DNA of 64,000 nucleotides from Amoebidium appalachense (GCA_963693365.1 CAVNZM010000001.1:3240907-3304906), one strand, 5' to 3'. Positions 25,463 through 54,809 are shown, counted from the first letter of the stretch. Notes: a model not told the origin generated them from the letters alone. Numbers and translations: made by a program.

Positions 25463-26667
25463 GAGGGAGAGGGAGAGAGAGAGAGAGATAAAGAGGGAGG
25501 GAGGGAGGTAGGGATGGGGGGGAAGAGAGAGAAAGAGGAAGAAAGGAGAGAGAGAGGGGGTGGGGGTGGGGGTGTGGGGACGGGAGAGAGATAGAAGAAA
25601 GAGAGAGCGAGCGGAAGAGAAGAAAGAGATAGAGAGAGCGAGAGAGAGGGGGGGGGGGGGGGGGGAGGAAGAGAGAGAGAGAGGGGGGGGGGGGGAGAGG
25701 ATGACCAAATTGACGGCAAACAGCCAAGCCCACTACCCACACACTCATTACACAATCATCCAATTATTGTAATAAGTTGTCCATTTCTTTCAGCTCATAG
25801 AGGCTACTACCGTCTACTTGGCTCTGCCTATACAACCAGGCAGAATGATATACCCAAATTGGAATGCTGGTAGGGTATCTGAGCCATGAACCTAATTTGT
25901 ACTCGATCTATGCAACATCTTAGCTCCCAATAGAGATAAACCGATACTTTCTTTTTTTCGGAGGAAGAATATAATGTAAATCTTCCCTCTATAAAATTTA
26001 AATGGCGCTTCTGGTCAATTTATTAACAAAAACATGAAAAGCAAGTGATGTCTAGATCATACCCATGAACCCAACACCTCGATCTTTGCATCTATTGGTT
26101 GCATATCATATGTTTACCGTTGCCAGGTTGTGACTGAATGCTTCACGTCACTGTGACGTCAGCATCGGTCGGTCGGATGGGATGTCGACAGAAGCTCATA
26201 TTTATCAGCTTCATCTAGAAAAAAGTAGTCAATAATATGGATTTATTATCTCAAATATATTAAAAAGTTTCTGATGAATCAGAGCTTTTCTAAAGACCTT
26301 TTCCATGTGCATCACCCGGGCACGCATAAAATGTACACGAACGATTCAACGGATCCCTCGATGTCGACGTTTAGGAACCAATCGACTTCAGCTACGCACT
26401 TACTTACGTCAGGACCGGATCTGGTCAGAGCCAATGAAATCACCAGATCTGGTGTTCGGTTAATGGTTGTTCGGTTGCAAAACACATTAGCCCTACCCGT
26501 GTTACTTTTTATGTTTCTGCCTATTATGAACTATGTAGACCATTTTCACCCACTACTAACAGCCACCTCTTGCAGCTGCCACCATATTCTCGACTTACAG
26601 CACAAAAAAGGCGCACACAGACAGTATGGCACACCTAGTAGGCTTAGCGTTGTAAGTGAGTGAGTGA

Positions 26668-27136
<469 letters not shown>

Positions 27137-28754
27137 GTTTTGTACGGGTCTAAGGGAGCAAAGTGCACAGAGGTGTCATGTAAAACACGACCAACACAAT
27201 AAAGAGAGAGCAATCGGAGTTGTTCACTACACTTGAAAGATTTCAACACTAACTAATTTTTTATTGTGCTCTCGGGCCTTTTTGTACTGGCCATTAATTA
27301 TCTCATCTCAACTAAAAGAAGAGAACCAATCGGTTCCTTCAGATGATGAAAGAATACATTCCAACAGAGCATACACATTCCAACTTCCGACACAACTGAA
27401 GCCTAGAAACTCTTACATAAATAACTTAAGTTGATTATAAAACTTGTCACTATTAATGCACATATATTTTTATACTCGTCTCTATAAAGAAACTCATCTA
27501 AATACATATACTTCCTAATAGTCGACACTCTCAAAGTGAAGACACATCACGATAAAACGAATTCCAAACATATCTAATGTGTCCAATCATAACACGTATA
27601 TTAATAGACAGGAATGCACATCATGATCTATAGATGTACTCACTCGCGTCTACTGGTGAGTCATCCTACACTGAACTAAAACTAAACTACTTTGAACTAA
27701 AACAAAGACAACGAATATAGCTAGCCAATCACACTACTTCTCAGATAAACAGAGGAGAGCAAACACAGATAAAATGCAATAAGTCCTATTAGGCAAGTGA
27801 GCCAGGTGTGCACAGATCTACAGATATCCGTGCACACAGAAACAAGGGAGAGAGAGATACGGGGGGGAGGGGGGAGGGGGGGGGGGGGGGAGAGAGAGAG
27901 AGAAAGAGAGAAAAGAGAAAAAAGGAAAAAGGGAGAGAAGGGGTAGAGCACAAAGAAGACGAGCAGACACGAGTACAAACAAGGTCAAGACACACACACA
28001 TACTTCAAGACTCTTGCTGTACTACGTAGTGACGTATTCCAACCGAAACATCCCCACTCAAGGGGTTGAAGTTTGTGTTCTCGTGTCTGTTGATGTGACG
28101 GTAGATGAGGTTCTAACACACGGGGCCGTCACACACAAGTCTCCCCACTCGAGGATGCAAACCGAAATCCTTGAGGTGGGAAGAAGAAAACCAAAACGGA
28201 AGAAGCACACAACGACGGTTGCCTCAGAAGACTCGGAACATGACGGTAGTCACGATAGCCAACGACGATATAGTGTATGTGTGACGTGTTGGTGGCTAAT
28301 GTTTTATACTGGGGACCACCCAGATAAACACAAGGCATAAACATCTTGTGGACTGATTTATAGACTGGTAGTCAACCAGTTAAGACACGGGGAAGGTTCA
28401 TCCTGTGGACTAGGTTTAGACTGGCAGTCAACCAGCTCGCCATGGCTATAGGTATTTATTTATACTGGGACGCCATCCCAGTTTGACATATACATAAGTC
28501 GAAAATAGAAGAAAACCAATATATATGGTGGGATATAAATATAAATAAACGACAAATGGTGGAGGAAAAAAAATCCCCACTGAAGATGTACACACTTGAC
28601 GATCGAGGAAGACAAAGTCCCCACTGATGAAGAGAAACGACGAGGAGCAGTAGACTTTCGTTGGGAGGCATCTTGATCACGTAGATGTGTCAACTGCTGT
28701 CCAGGGCCCCAACTTACTCAAAAACCACTCGATGATGGACGTCAGTGCACAGTT

Positions 28755-29674
28755 TCAGTCACGAAGACCGAGGTTGGCACGGTGTGTCTCATGGGCCGGA
28801 CCTGCCAGAGGCTTGGTGAAGATGTCGGTCAGGTTTTGCTTGGTGTCGATGTAGGTGACGGTAACGTCCCCACTGTCAATGTAGTCCTTGGTGTTGAAGT
28901 AACGAACGGCAATGTGCTTGGTCCGGTGCTTGATGGTGTTGGAGTGGACCAGAGCAATGGTGGACTGATTGCCACAGTACACCGGGGTGGGCTCGGTCAT
29001 CGGGTAGCCCAGCTCCTTGAGCAGATCACGGTGCCAGGCAACATCTTTCACGGCAGCATTGAGGGCCAGGAGCTCGGCCTCACATGTGGAAGTTGCAGTG
29101 ATCGACTGCAGCTTGGAGTGGTAGGTGACGGGGGTGCCCTCGAGGAGGATGACGTACCCAGACGTGGAACAACGGGTGGTGGGGCAGCCAGCAAAGTCTG
29201 AATCCGAGTAGCACTCGAGGATGGGCACCTTGCTGTTGGGGGCCTTCTTCCTGTCGTAGAGGCCGAGGTTGATGGTGCTGATCAGGTAACGAACGACACG
29301 GAGAAGAAGCTCCCAGGCAGTCTTGGTGGGCTTGGAGCCGAAACGGCCGAGGTAGCCAATGGCATAAGAGATGTTCGGCCGGGAGCACCGAGCAACCCAG
29401 AGCAGATGGCCGAGGAGTTCACGGTAGGGGACTGTGTTCGGCAGGAAGGAGTACCGTAGCCGTAGAAGGGGGGTGCATCGTCAACCGCGAAGGTGGTAGA
29501 AGGGACGTAGTTATCAGCGAGAACAACATCCACTAGTCTGACACCTTTGGTGCCGGTCATCATGCCGAGAAAGATGATTTCCCATTGAAAGTAGGTGGTC
29601 TTACTATCGGGGCCAGTTTTGCCTTCACCTTTCCACATGGTGATTTTGTTTACGCCAGATTTGTTGGGATCCAT
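28755..29674 (-). mobile_element. Ty1/copia LTR retrotransposon relic: RT C-terminus plus RNase H (~29450-28755), preceded by a probable Gag N-terminal stub (29674-~29450)
   Basis: Open frame PYRELLGHLLWVARCSRPNISYAIGYLGRF...VVRYL...YSDSDFAG...STSGY...SKLQSITATSTCEAE...HRTKHIAVRY...NLTDIFTKPL is typical copia pol. The usual CDNQS reads CGNQS (catalytic Asp lost). The Gag call is weaker. Confidence 0.9.
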
Positions 29675-31815
29675 GATTGAAAACGTTCGCTAGTTGTAGG
29701 TGTGTATATGTAGCGTGCGCGGAAGCCCACAACGTATATTTATATAAGAATTCGGGACTGGGAAGTAAAGCAGAGACACGGTGGTGCAGGGTAAAAACAC
29801 CACGGACACACAACAACAAAAACACGGAACGATCGGAGCAGTGTACACAACAGACATCAATGTTTAGACACGACCAACGAAATCAATGTATGATTTCGTA
29901 TATATATTTGTGAATCCTAAGTCAAATCAACACATGATTTCCGACCAGTCGGAAATCAGATCCATGTCTAAAATAACCAATCACAATGAACTGATTATTG
30001 CCAGGATAGATCCGGCGACACAGGAACGCACACCATAGGTCACAGCTACTAGCAAGTATTGAGGTGTAAAAGTAACAAGGAAAGAGGGGGCTGTGGTTTA
30101 TGTTTCTAACCTATCAACAGCTGCAAAGGCTCAGACACTTTCTGACTAAGTCTACTGATTGGTCACAGCACGGCAACACACAAAACTAAAGTGGTTGACT
30201 AAGCTATGATTCACACATGACAAGCTAAAGTGTAGCCTAAGTGTTTTCCGACCAATCAAAACACAACGAGTAATACAAAGCTACTCAACGTATATTAGTG
30301 AAAAAGAAACATGATCATGTGAAAGAAAACAAGGGAGAAAAGAAAGAGAAAAGAAAGGAGGAGAAGGAGGAAAGAGAGAATAATACAGGACAGGAAAAAC
30401 GAACACAAAAACACAGTTGCAACAGAAGATATTCACGTACACATAAACATGTACACGTTTCTCCCTGAGTGGGTGGAAACGTGTACACACATATCAACAC
30501 ACCAATCAGTGATAAAGTACACGATTAGAACCGATCTATCACGATTACATGTATACGGAAGAGATCGATGAGACATATTTCGTACAAGGAGAGTGACATT
30601 TCCATTAATCCCATAACCGAAGACACAACACAAACTGAAAAGATCTTACACATGTACAACAAATACTTCGTACTGCAACACTCCCCCACAACCACCACCT
30701 CCCCCCTCCCCCCTCTCCCCCCTCTCTCCCCACAACAACCCCCCCCCCTCCCCTCCCTTCCCTTCGCCCTCCCCCCTCCCCATGCAAGCACCACCTCCCC
30801 TCACTCCCCCCCCCCCCCCCCCCCCCTCCCCCCCCCCCCCCCCTCACCCCCCTTCCTCCCTCACTCCTTTCCCCGCCACCTTTGAGGCTTTAAGAGTCCA
30901 AAAAAAAAAAAAAAAAAAAAAAAAGGAAACCAAAAGTTACAGCACTGCGACCAATGGCACGAGAGGCCGGCATGTTTTTTTGTGGCACCACACATCACAA
31001 CGTACATGCCCACATCGTGCAGAAAATAATTTAACACCATATATTGGATTGCCAGGTGAGATGATGGTTTGACTGGCTATCATTTAAGACGGGCTTCAGG
31101 AGAGAAATTGACGACTCAGGGGAGGGGAGAAAGTGGGAGGGACTGAAGAGGAGGGAAAGGACTTGGAAGGAGCTGAGGTTTTCACTTTGGTGCTGCCAGT
31201 GAGGGTCGCCCGCAACCGGTAAATATCATATCTCGGCCCGGTGATGTGCGTGGCGGCCGCAGCGGGGCTAAGCCTTGCAAGGTTCACTTCACTGAGAAAC
31301 CACGGCGTGTGTGTGGATCCGGAATAGATGGTGTGCAGGTGGGAGCACGGTGGGAGAGCCCGGGGGGGGGGAGAGGAGGGGGGGGGGGGGGGAGGGGGCA
31401 CTGCTGTAGGTTACGTGAAGTCAGGGAGGGGGAAGGAGGAGGGGGGGGGGGGGGGGGAGCCTTGGGTATGCCAGTGTGCCCACGGAGACACGCAAGCAAG
31501 TAAGCAAGTAGACGTTGGACGCATACATATGGAAATAGAATACATTTATACCCGACATTAACAAACATTGGAAGGGCCTTTCACCGATCGGGATCACTTT
31601 AGTGTATTTGTGCGAGTGTGAAAGATCATGTTCGTGTGTGCGTGCGTGTGTACATGACAGTGTGCACGTGAGTGCACGAACGCACGAGTGCACGCATGCC
31701 TGTGTGTGCTTCCACCAGATGAAGATGTGCACATGCGTGTGCATGAGTGCCCTCCGGCCCTACTGAAGGCATGTGCTCATGTGTGTGTGTGTACGTGTGC
31801 GTGGATGTGTGTGTT

Positions 31816-31852
<37 letters not shown>

Positions 31853-33582
31853 GTGCGCGTGTAGCTTGCGTGTGTCCATGTGTCCGCGCGTGAGTGTGCT
31901 GTGCTGTGTGCATGTGTGCGTGTGTGCACATGTTTACTTGTGTGCATGTGTGTACGCGTGTGCGTGCGTGCGTGCATGCGTGTGTGTGTGTGCGCGTGCG
32001 TGCGTGCATGGGTGCGTGCGTGCGTAGGTGAGCGTACGCCGTACATGCATGCGTGTGTGCACGTGTGTGCGTGTGCATTTCTACAGCTTTTACATGCATG
32101 CTTCTTCTCATGTACACGCTTCTTCTCATGTACACGCACACATCTACACGCTGATCACCAGGTACCTGTGTGGGAGCCTGACCGGTACGCGTGTGTGTCG
32201 TGGAAGAAAAGTATGCATGTTGGATGCCCTGTTCTTATTTGTTTTTTTCTGCTTTGAAAAGTTGATTTCTCAACGGTGGGTTTACCCTACATAGTTGTCG
32301 TTTACCACTTTTGCCACGCGTCTATAGACTTACAATGCGGCCAAAGCGGCATATGCTGGATGCCGAGAGGATGCACGTGTGTACACTTAATCTTTAACTT
32401 TGTGTCACGGGACGGGTCTCACACAAGGGCGATCTATTTGTTCTTGGTAGGAATGCCGATTACGGACACAACAGGTTGGGATTGGAAAACAGAAAGCGAC
32501 TTTTGTTGATGCGTGATGTGTAGCGAATCAAAAGATGGGTATCGCCACAACAACCATGTGCTTGCCAATGCTTGCGATTGTTCATGAAGAAAACGACATC
32601 AGCGCGTTTTGCCAAATGCTTGCACAAGAAAGGCATGGTTTTATTTATACAGTCTCATTTTGATTGCTTCTGTTATTCCTTAAAAAAAAAAAGCGTGAAG
32701 CATTTCACTTTGTAAAGGGACCACGCGCCTGAGCTGTTGTTCATCATTGAAATTCAAGCCCATTATCCGCCAATCAACACATGCTGACGTACAACGCACT
32801 TGCCTATTGGGAAAGGACTGAGTGGGCCGACTCCCGAGTACATCAGCCTCACTGCAACGGTTTGGGGGACAAAGCCTAAAAACCAACAAAACTCGAACAA
32901 CAAAACGTCAGAGTACCAACAAAAACATTTACCCTGCATGCGTAAAAGCTGTGTTTCACTCTTTTAAATATAACATTTTCTTGACATTCGTTATAAAGCA
33001 TTGAGCACACAGCACAGCAGAGACCTCGCGACTGCTTTTATGTCTGAGGTTTGAAAACCAGAAAGCTGACCTGAGATCACTTGTTGTTTTTTTTTGACAG
33101 CACCACGAAAACATTTCATCGCAAAGAGAAAACATCCAAGGTAAGGCCATTTTCACAGTTCGGTTGAGCATTAATTGCATCTGCATGCAATGGAGAGAGC
33201 AAGAGAAAAGCGCTTGGTCTTCGCCCTCCGCCCATCTTTTCCCTGTAGCTCGCTGCCCACAAATGTTTTGGTTTATGCCACTGGACAGTCACATACATGA
33301 GCTCGCGATCGTCTTTCAACATCATTCCAGAAATCACCGGATTCGCTACATTCTTGAGTCCTTTTCGTCGTTTCCTACTTCACACCGTCCCACATGCTGC
33401 TTACCCCCTCCCCCCCCTCCCCCCCCCCCCCCCCCCCCCCCTTCCCCTCCCCCCGGGCCCCCCTCCCGTCCCCACACACAGAAAAAAATATATTGTAGGT
33501 TAGTATATTGAAACATCCCCCCCCCGCGCCCCCCCCAACCCCTCCAGCCTACCAGTGACCCTAGGGGCAGCAAACCGCAACC

Positions 33583-33759
33583 ATGGGAAAGATTGATGCC
33601 AACGATATTGCCAAAATGATCTGTGCCTTCCTGCTCCCCCCCCTGGGTGTGTTTCTGGAGGTGGGCATGACCGACCAGTTCATCATCAACATCCTGCTTA
33701 CCATTCTTGGCTGGATCCCGGGGGTTATCCATGCCATATATGTCATATACAAGTATTAG
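33583..33759 (+). CDS. PMP3: Pmp3/RCI2/YqaE (UPF0057) small membrane proteolipid, 58 aa
   Basis: MGKIDANDIAKMICAFLLPPLGVFLEVGMTDQFIINILLTILGWIPGVIHAIYVIYKY*; family signature LPPLGV...INILLT.LG..PG.IHA. Below the ORF-track length cutoff. Confidence 0.93.
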   Translation: MGKIDANDIAKMICAFLLPPLGVFLEVGMTDQFIINILLTILGWIPGVIHAIYVIYKY

Positions 33760-34671
33760 TGCAGGTATAGCTTCAGACACTTTTGATAAATAAGAGTATT
33801 TTTTTCAAAAGACAAAAGTTTGTTCCGTCATATTTAAACAAGGGCATATATCTATAGCTTGAAAGGTTACAGCCAGGGATAAGTCTATATCCTTTTGTTT
33901 TTCTCTATATTTTTGTTAGGAATGAAGCTTTTTATATGTATTTGAAAGTAGGACCTTCCGATGTTTGTGCGGGAACATCTTTTCCGTTCATTTTTTAGCC
34001 TTCTGTACGGGTGACCCATGTGAAGTATTTCGAGTGCACCGATTCCTTCGTTTGCCTACACTTTGCTGCAGTTGTTAGATATAATAGGAGCACGGCGATC
34101 ACACTGAGTTTAGTGTAGTTATATAAATACATCTTCTGTAACTCAAGATTAGCATGCTGTGATATGTAAACACAAAAATACAAGCCAAAACTATTTGTTG
34201 AGCGCCAGTATTTCCTCCCCCTTCCCCCTGTCCCAACGGAGTCTTCCATCGCTGCCACCGTGACTCTTTGCTCTCCCTTCTCCCAACCTCCCAACACTAA
34301 AAGAGAAGAAAACTAACAAAAGCAACATGTGGCAAGGCTTGACGTTGTTTCATAGGAACTTTGGCCACCACTGTGCGTGCCTGCGTTAAGATGGAAATAA
34401 ACGTCCCTCTAGACTCGACAGGAGAATTTGGGGTAAAAAAAAAAAAGGCCCCCATCACCCTGTGTACATATGCTTTCGCACTTGTTGTATTAATCAAACC
34501 CACTTCATGATCAGACCCACGAGACGTCAACTACCGTTCACTGTCCAGTTGTAATATGCGGCAAGGGCTTTTTTACCTGATCGAAAATGTTCCAAAAGTT
34601 AGTTGCCAGAAAGTTTTGTTGAACCCAAAAGGAAGCTGTGCGGGTGTACATGTTGTGCATGTGTTTGTCGG

Positions 34672-34706
<35 letters not shown>

Positions 34707-35375
34707 CACACACACAAAAAAAACACCACCTGAGCTAGGGGGGGTTTACGCTTGATTCAACTGAGTGAGCCAGGGTCCATAGAAAGCAATTTTTTAACTC
34801 TTATGATTGGACAAGTATCATGCGCTTCTAATAGATGCAATCTGTTCGTGCAGCGGATTGGTCAAAAGCGGCTCACAATTTTTCTTGAAAGCAACATCCA
34901 GGGGGAAAAAAAAAAACAGGAAGGGGACAGGACAGCCCTTCACGGTGTTCAGTAAGTCTGTTTTCCACCGCCCATGGTACGCCTAGAACACACTAGTGCC
35001 TGCACCGCGTGTAAACGGGTTACCGAATGCAAACAATAGGCCAACTTGCGGTCCTAGCATCTCTTTCGTTGGGTCGTTAGCTTTTTGTCGATGAGCTCCG
35101 CTGGAGAATTGTGGCTTTCCGGCAGGTATCTTATGTTCTGAATTGAAGGTGTTTAAAGAACTTGTGGTCTGCAACGAGCAGGTATTAGGTATGAACTGTC
35201 AACAACAACTTGCCGTGCTACTTATGCTCTGATAGCTCTTTGCACATGCCACGGTGGTACCGACTGATTCTCGTCACAAGCTCTCCACTTGATCGACCGA
35301 ACATCCAATTGCAGCTCGTGGTGGCTAGGTGAGGGTGAGATTAGCACAGATAGCGTTTTTTTCTGCTTGCCGAAT

Positions 35376-49779
<14,404 letters not shown>

Positions 49780-50722
49780 AACTAATGTTAGCGTACGTAT
49801 GGACAATCACGTGTTTGAATTTTAAATTCTTATATCATCAGTTGTTTTTTCAATGCATGTATGCGTAATAGTGCAAGTCTTGTTTGATTCAAGTGGTTGA
49901 TCCCATCCCCCCCTCCCCCCCGTCTCTCTCCCCCCCTCGGTGACTGGGCTGTCTTTAAAAGTTCATGTTGTATGCGACGAACAAGCACCTGAAATTTCAC
50001 CCTCACTCTGAACTTTTCTCGTTCTTGTTTTTGTGCTGCTTGTCTACGTTTTTATGGGTTTTTTTGGGGGGGAAGGGGGTTCGGAGTGAAGGGAAATTGT
50101 GAGGGGTGGGGGGAGTATTTTTTATGATTAATGGTGTTTGTGTATTCTGACATCACAAAAGAACGAATCATTGTTGATACGAGTTTCTGTGTCGAAAACA
50201 AGACTTTTTCTCTGCTGGAAAGTGTCTGGGATGACTACTCTGTCTCTTGAGCTCTCTCGCTCACCCGGCTGTCATTGAGTATTTGTATTATTCTTCACCA
50301 TTTTTTTGCTGGTGCCGGCCACCCGATATCGTGCATTACAAACGCCCGTCTTTGCTTTTTGTATCGTGGCTATGTAGCACATACAACATTTCGAATTCAG
50401 GAGTCACCCAGCAAATAGTATCAAATAAAAATGAGTAGGGAAAAAAAAAAGCACATTCTGCAGTACACAACACCGCTCCGGGCATCATCAAAAGACGACC
50501 CCCCCCCCCCCCCCCCCCACCCACCCACCCACCCACCACCACCACCACCACCAAAAAAAAAAAAAAAAAAAAAAAAAAGGCTGAGAAGAAGAAAAAGAAG
50601 AAGAAGAAGTAAGAGCAGATTTGAGGGTTGGCCTATAAGTGTTTCTTGTGACCATGTGCTTGCTCTGTGTAATAAAGTCATTCGGGTGCACAGAATTAAG
50701 ATAGATCCGCTTAGCTAATATA

Positions 50723-50836
50723 CAGGAGGTGACTAAAATTAAGATAATTTGAAATCAAGATAAATAGTGCTATTTTTTTTTCCAAAATTTAAGATAATAG
50801 GGTCTACCAAACCTGGCGGATATTTAAGATCCGCGG

Positions 50837-50911
<75 letters not shown>

Positions 50912-51066
50912 GGAAGGGGGGATGTTGCACAGAACAAGTTAGGGGCGAGGTAATAATGACATGTTTTGTCGGCTAGTGAGAAGAATATACATTGCTGACC
51001 GTAGTACACCACTGTGGCACTGTCACCGCCCTGGTTGTCTTCACCTGTAACTGAGTATCCCAATTG

Positions 51067-51124
<58 letters not shown>

Positions 51125-51630
51125 GGGGGGGGGGGGGGATTCGAACCACCATCTGTTTTGAAGAGGGGTGTTTGGATGGGTAGGGGGGGGGGGAGGGGGG
51201 GGGAAGAACCCACCACCATATATGATAAGGAGCCCCCCTCCCCTCCTCCCCCCCCCCCCCCCCACATAGACCCCCCCCCCCCTCCCGCCCCCTTTTCCCC
51301 CCCCTCCCTCCCCCCCCCCCCCCCCCCCCCCTCAAAAAAAAAAAAAAAAAGAGAATGTGGGGAGGAGGGTTCGGAGGGTTTACAATATTAACTACTAGCT
51401 TTCATGATCATGGTGCATTCGAAAGTTAAGAAAAACCTTACACATGCAATGGGCGCGGGTATGGGCACATATTTAAGTTACGTGCGTGCACAAGAAGATG
51501 TTGCTCGTGCACACACAGACTGAGCGCAACTCACGGACGAAGAGATCGGTATGGACACACAAAAAAGTATTGCCAAGCACACACACACATAGTATATAAT
51601 GCACAAACACAAATCACACACACACACACA

Positions 51631-51679
<49 letters not shown>

Positions 51680-51812
51680 GCGCGCGCGCACACGCACGCA
51701 CGCACGGTACACATGCACACACACACACACACAGGAAGAGAAAGGGGTGGGGGGCCCCCGGGGGAAGGGGAGAGAGATTTTGAGAGAGAGATGTCAAGAG
51801 AGAGAGGAGATA

Positions 51813-51874
<62 letters not shown>

Positions 51875-51929
51875 GAGAGCAGAGAGAGAAAGAGAGGGAG
51901 AGAGAAAAAGAAAACGGGACATACACACG

Positions 51930-51983
<54 letters not shown>

Positions 51984-52019
51984 GGGGGGGGGGGGGGAGG
52001 AGAGAGAGAGAGAGGGAGG

Positions 52020-52081
<62 letters not shown>

Positions 52082-52410
52082 TGCATATATCATCATACTC
52101 ACACACCACGCACACTTGCAAGCCATGCCCAGACACATACACAAACGCATTCGCGCACGCGCACGCGTGCACGTGTGCATACACATCGATTAAATTCCTA
52201 CACATACACCTGATATATTTTCCGGAACCGTATTCCTACTCTTTTTTTCGTTTAATGTTATAAAAACACACATACACCACGTACAGTCAGCGCGTGCACA
52301 CACACACACACATTCACACACCCACACGGACGTGCGCGCACGCATGCATGCACATCCCCTCCCCCCCCCCCCCCCCCCCCGGCCTCCTCTCCCCCCCTCC
52401 CTTCCCCCCA

Positions 52411-52447
<37 letters not shown>

Positions 52448-52616
52448 GGCGAATGCGCCTTATGTACACAGGCCACCGTGCTATGTATGCAATTTGAAAG
52501 CCCCATGTGCCCCCAGCACCATTGATTGGACATTGTGTGTAAGATGAGTGTGTGAAGTCTTTTTTGGGAGGACTGCCCTTAAGCTAAAATGGTTGGCCTC
52601 TTTCATAAAAACAGAA

Positions 52617-52652
<36 letters not shown>

Positions 52653-52713
52653 ACACAACCCACCCCAGGTAAAAATTAAGATCATTTGGGCTATGGTGCC
52701 TGAAAAATTAAGA

Positions 52714-52756
<43 letters not shown>

Positions 52757-52869
52757 ACACAACCCACCCCAGGTAAAAATTAAGATCATTTGGGCTATGG
52801 TGCCTGAAAAATTAAGATAATTAGCCCGTATTTTCAAAGTACCCATGATCTTAATTTCAGTCACCCCTG
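50723..52869. mobile_element. Non-autonomous TIR DNA transposon, TA-flanked (Tc1/mariner-like ends)
   Basis: Left end TA|CAGGAGGTGACTAAAATTAAGAT; right end reverse-complements to TA|CAGGGGTGACTGAAATTAAGAT. Multiple subterminal AAATTAAGAT motifs and no transposase ORF. Confidence 0.65.
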
Positions 52870-53403
52870 TAAAGGTACAACAGAAATGGAACCCACAAGG
52901 TCTGTAACACAATTCAACCGGGTAAGCGCAGGGACAGAACAAACGCATGAATAATGCTCTGTTGTGTTTATAGACACTATATAGAGTAAACAGAAATAAA
53001 GCATTTTTTTCAGCACACCAGGGTGAATGCTTATAGCGGCACATGTTTGGTACTTATGAAAGGAATCACAACGAACAGGCCTGGGCTAGGCGCAAAAGTA
53101 TTCCCGAGGTTTCTGCCGTGCACCGAGACTCCCGAGGTTCTATTACGCAACTTGGAAGTGGAATCCTCGCTGATCATCACCACCTCACCATTATGTACTA
53201 CAGGCTGCTGTGCTAATGTTCATGTTGCCGTCGGACTCGGTAATTGTTACTTTTCTGGAGATTCAATGACTGGTGTTAAGGCTATATATAACACAGAAGT
53301 TGGCATTATAACTCGTCAGTTTAAGCAGAGTTACTGTGAGTAGAGACAGATAGACCACTGCCAGGCGCACTACAGTAGTTGTGCACATATCCTGAAGGGA
53401 ACC

Positions 53404-53750
53404 ATGGAGTCTAATCTGGCTGGCCAAGCAACACCCGTAACACCAAACTTAGGGTAGGTGGTTGCTAGACCCCACTACGCCCGAGCCCTTGCTTTTCGTT
53501 GCGTTGGCGTGAAAGACTAGTGATGGGGAGAGGGCTAGTGGTGATTAGGAAGGGAAGCTTAATTTTGGGGATGCTTTGGGAGTCCGGAGAATGGCCAATT
53601 TAATCCCCTCCCGCCTCTCCCCCCTCCGCCCCCCCCCCCCACCACCACCACACACACACACACACCCTCTTTCCCCCTGCCTCCCCTACCTTTTACCCCG
53701 CGCTTCCCCCCCCTCTCCCCTCCCCTCCTCCCTCCCCCTCCCCCCCCCCC

Positions 53751-53781
<31 letters not shown>

Positions 53782-54741
53782 AACCTCTTTGGGCCATCCT
53801 TTTGTGCTAAGCTAAATAGTATTTTGCTACTCCTGTAGACTGTTTCCCCCTTTCCCCCTTCCCCCCCGTTTCTTACCCATATCACTTCGAGGTTGTTAGT
53901 TCTTTCTTTTCACATCTTTTGTTCTTCCGAAGAAGACCATACCGTGTACTAAAAACACTTGGGGTTTCACAGGGCCCAACCAGAAACAGAGCAGTTCGTT
54001 CTCAAGCCAAACGTTGAACATGTGGCCACGGTGAATTTTGGACGTTGGGGCCCCTGTTCGGTCGAAGATATTCCAGACGAGCTTCTGGAATACATCCTCA
54101 CCTACCTGGACTATACAGCACGATGTAACGTTTCGCTGGTGTCTCGGCGTTTTTGCAAGTTGGCACGCACCAAAAGAATACACAAGGGGTTCATAGCGTC
54201 GTTCCAAGCATGTGAAAGCTTGGATTACGAGCAGCTTGCAAGATGGGAGGTGGCCTGGGGGAATGCGTTTGAACGTGTTGAGCTGAAGTTCAAGGATGTT
54301 GGTGCGGCAGAGGGCGGTTTTCGATTTCTGGAACGATTTCTCCAGTCGAACGTGCGCTTGAAACAAATCCGTGTGCACTTGAGTGCTGCACAGTTGGAAG
54401 ATGCTGCGCCCCTATTTTCGTTACTGACTGTGGCCACAAGCAAAACGGTCGAAGGATTTTCGCTTTGGGTGGATGTGGATATTCAGGGAGATGGAGTTGA
54501 AGCAAACCTAACGCTGCCGGGTGACTTCTTGAAGGGGTTTCCAGCGCTCAAGGTAGGTGGAAACCATCCCATGTTGCCTTCCTAACTAACAAATTTGACC
54601 TGCCTGCTGTTCCCGCTATCTCATGCTACTCTTGTCTATGCATCTTTTTCTGTACCCAAAACGTTTTAGATGGCACACACATGTTAGCGGGAAGCTCTGA
54701 ATGTGCTAGCTCTTTTCTTCATGCACGTGTTGACTTGCATG

Positions 54742-54809
<68 letters not shown>

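Noticed and set aside
27221-30670. Paired LTRs flanking the copia fragment
   Set aside because: Candidate ends (TG at 28050 and 30670 on the minus strand, GGTTATGGG near 30615) exist, but I could not align two long direct repeats by eye.
51135-51180. GGTTCGAATCCC (tRNA T-arm / B-box) on the minus strand
   Set aside because: No D-arm, anticodon stem or acceptor stem can be formed, and the motif runs into a homopolymer.
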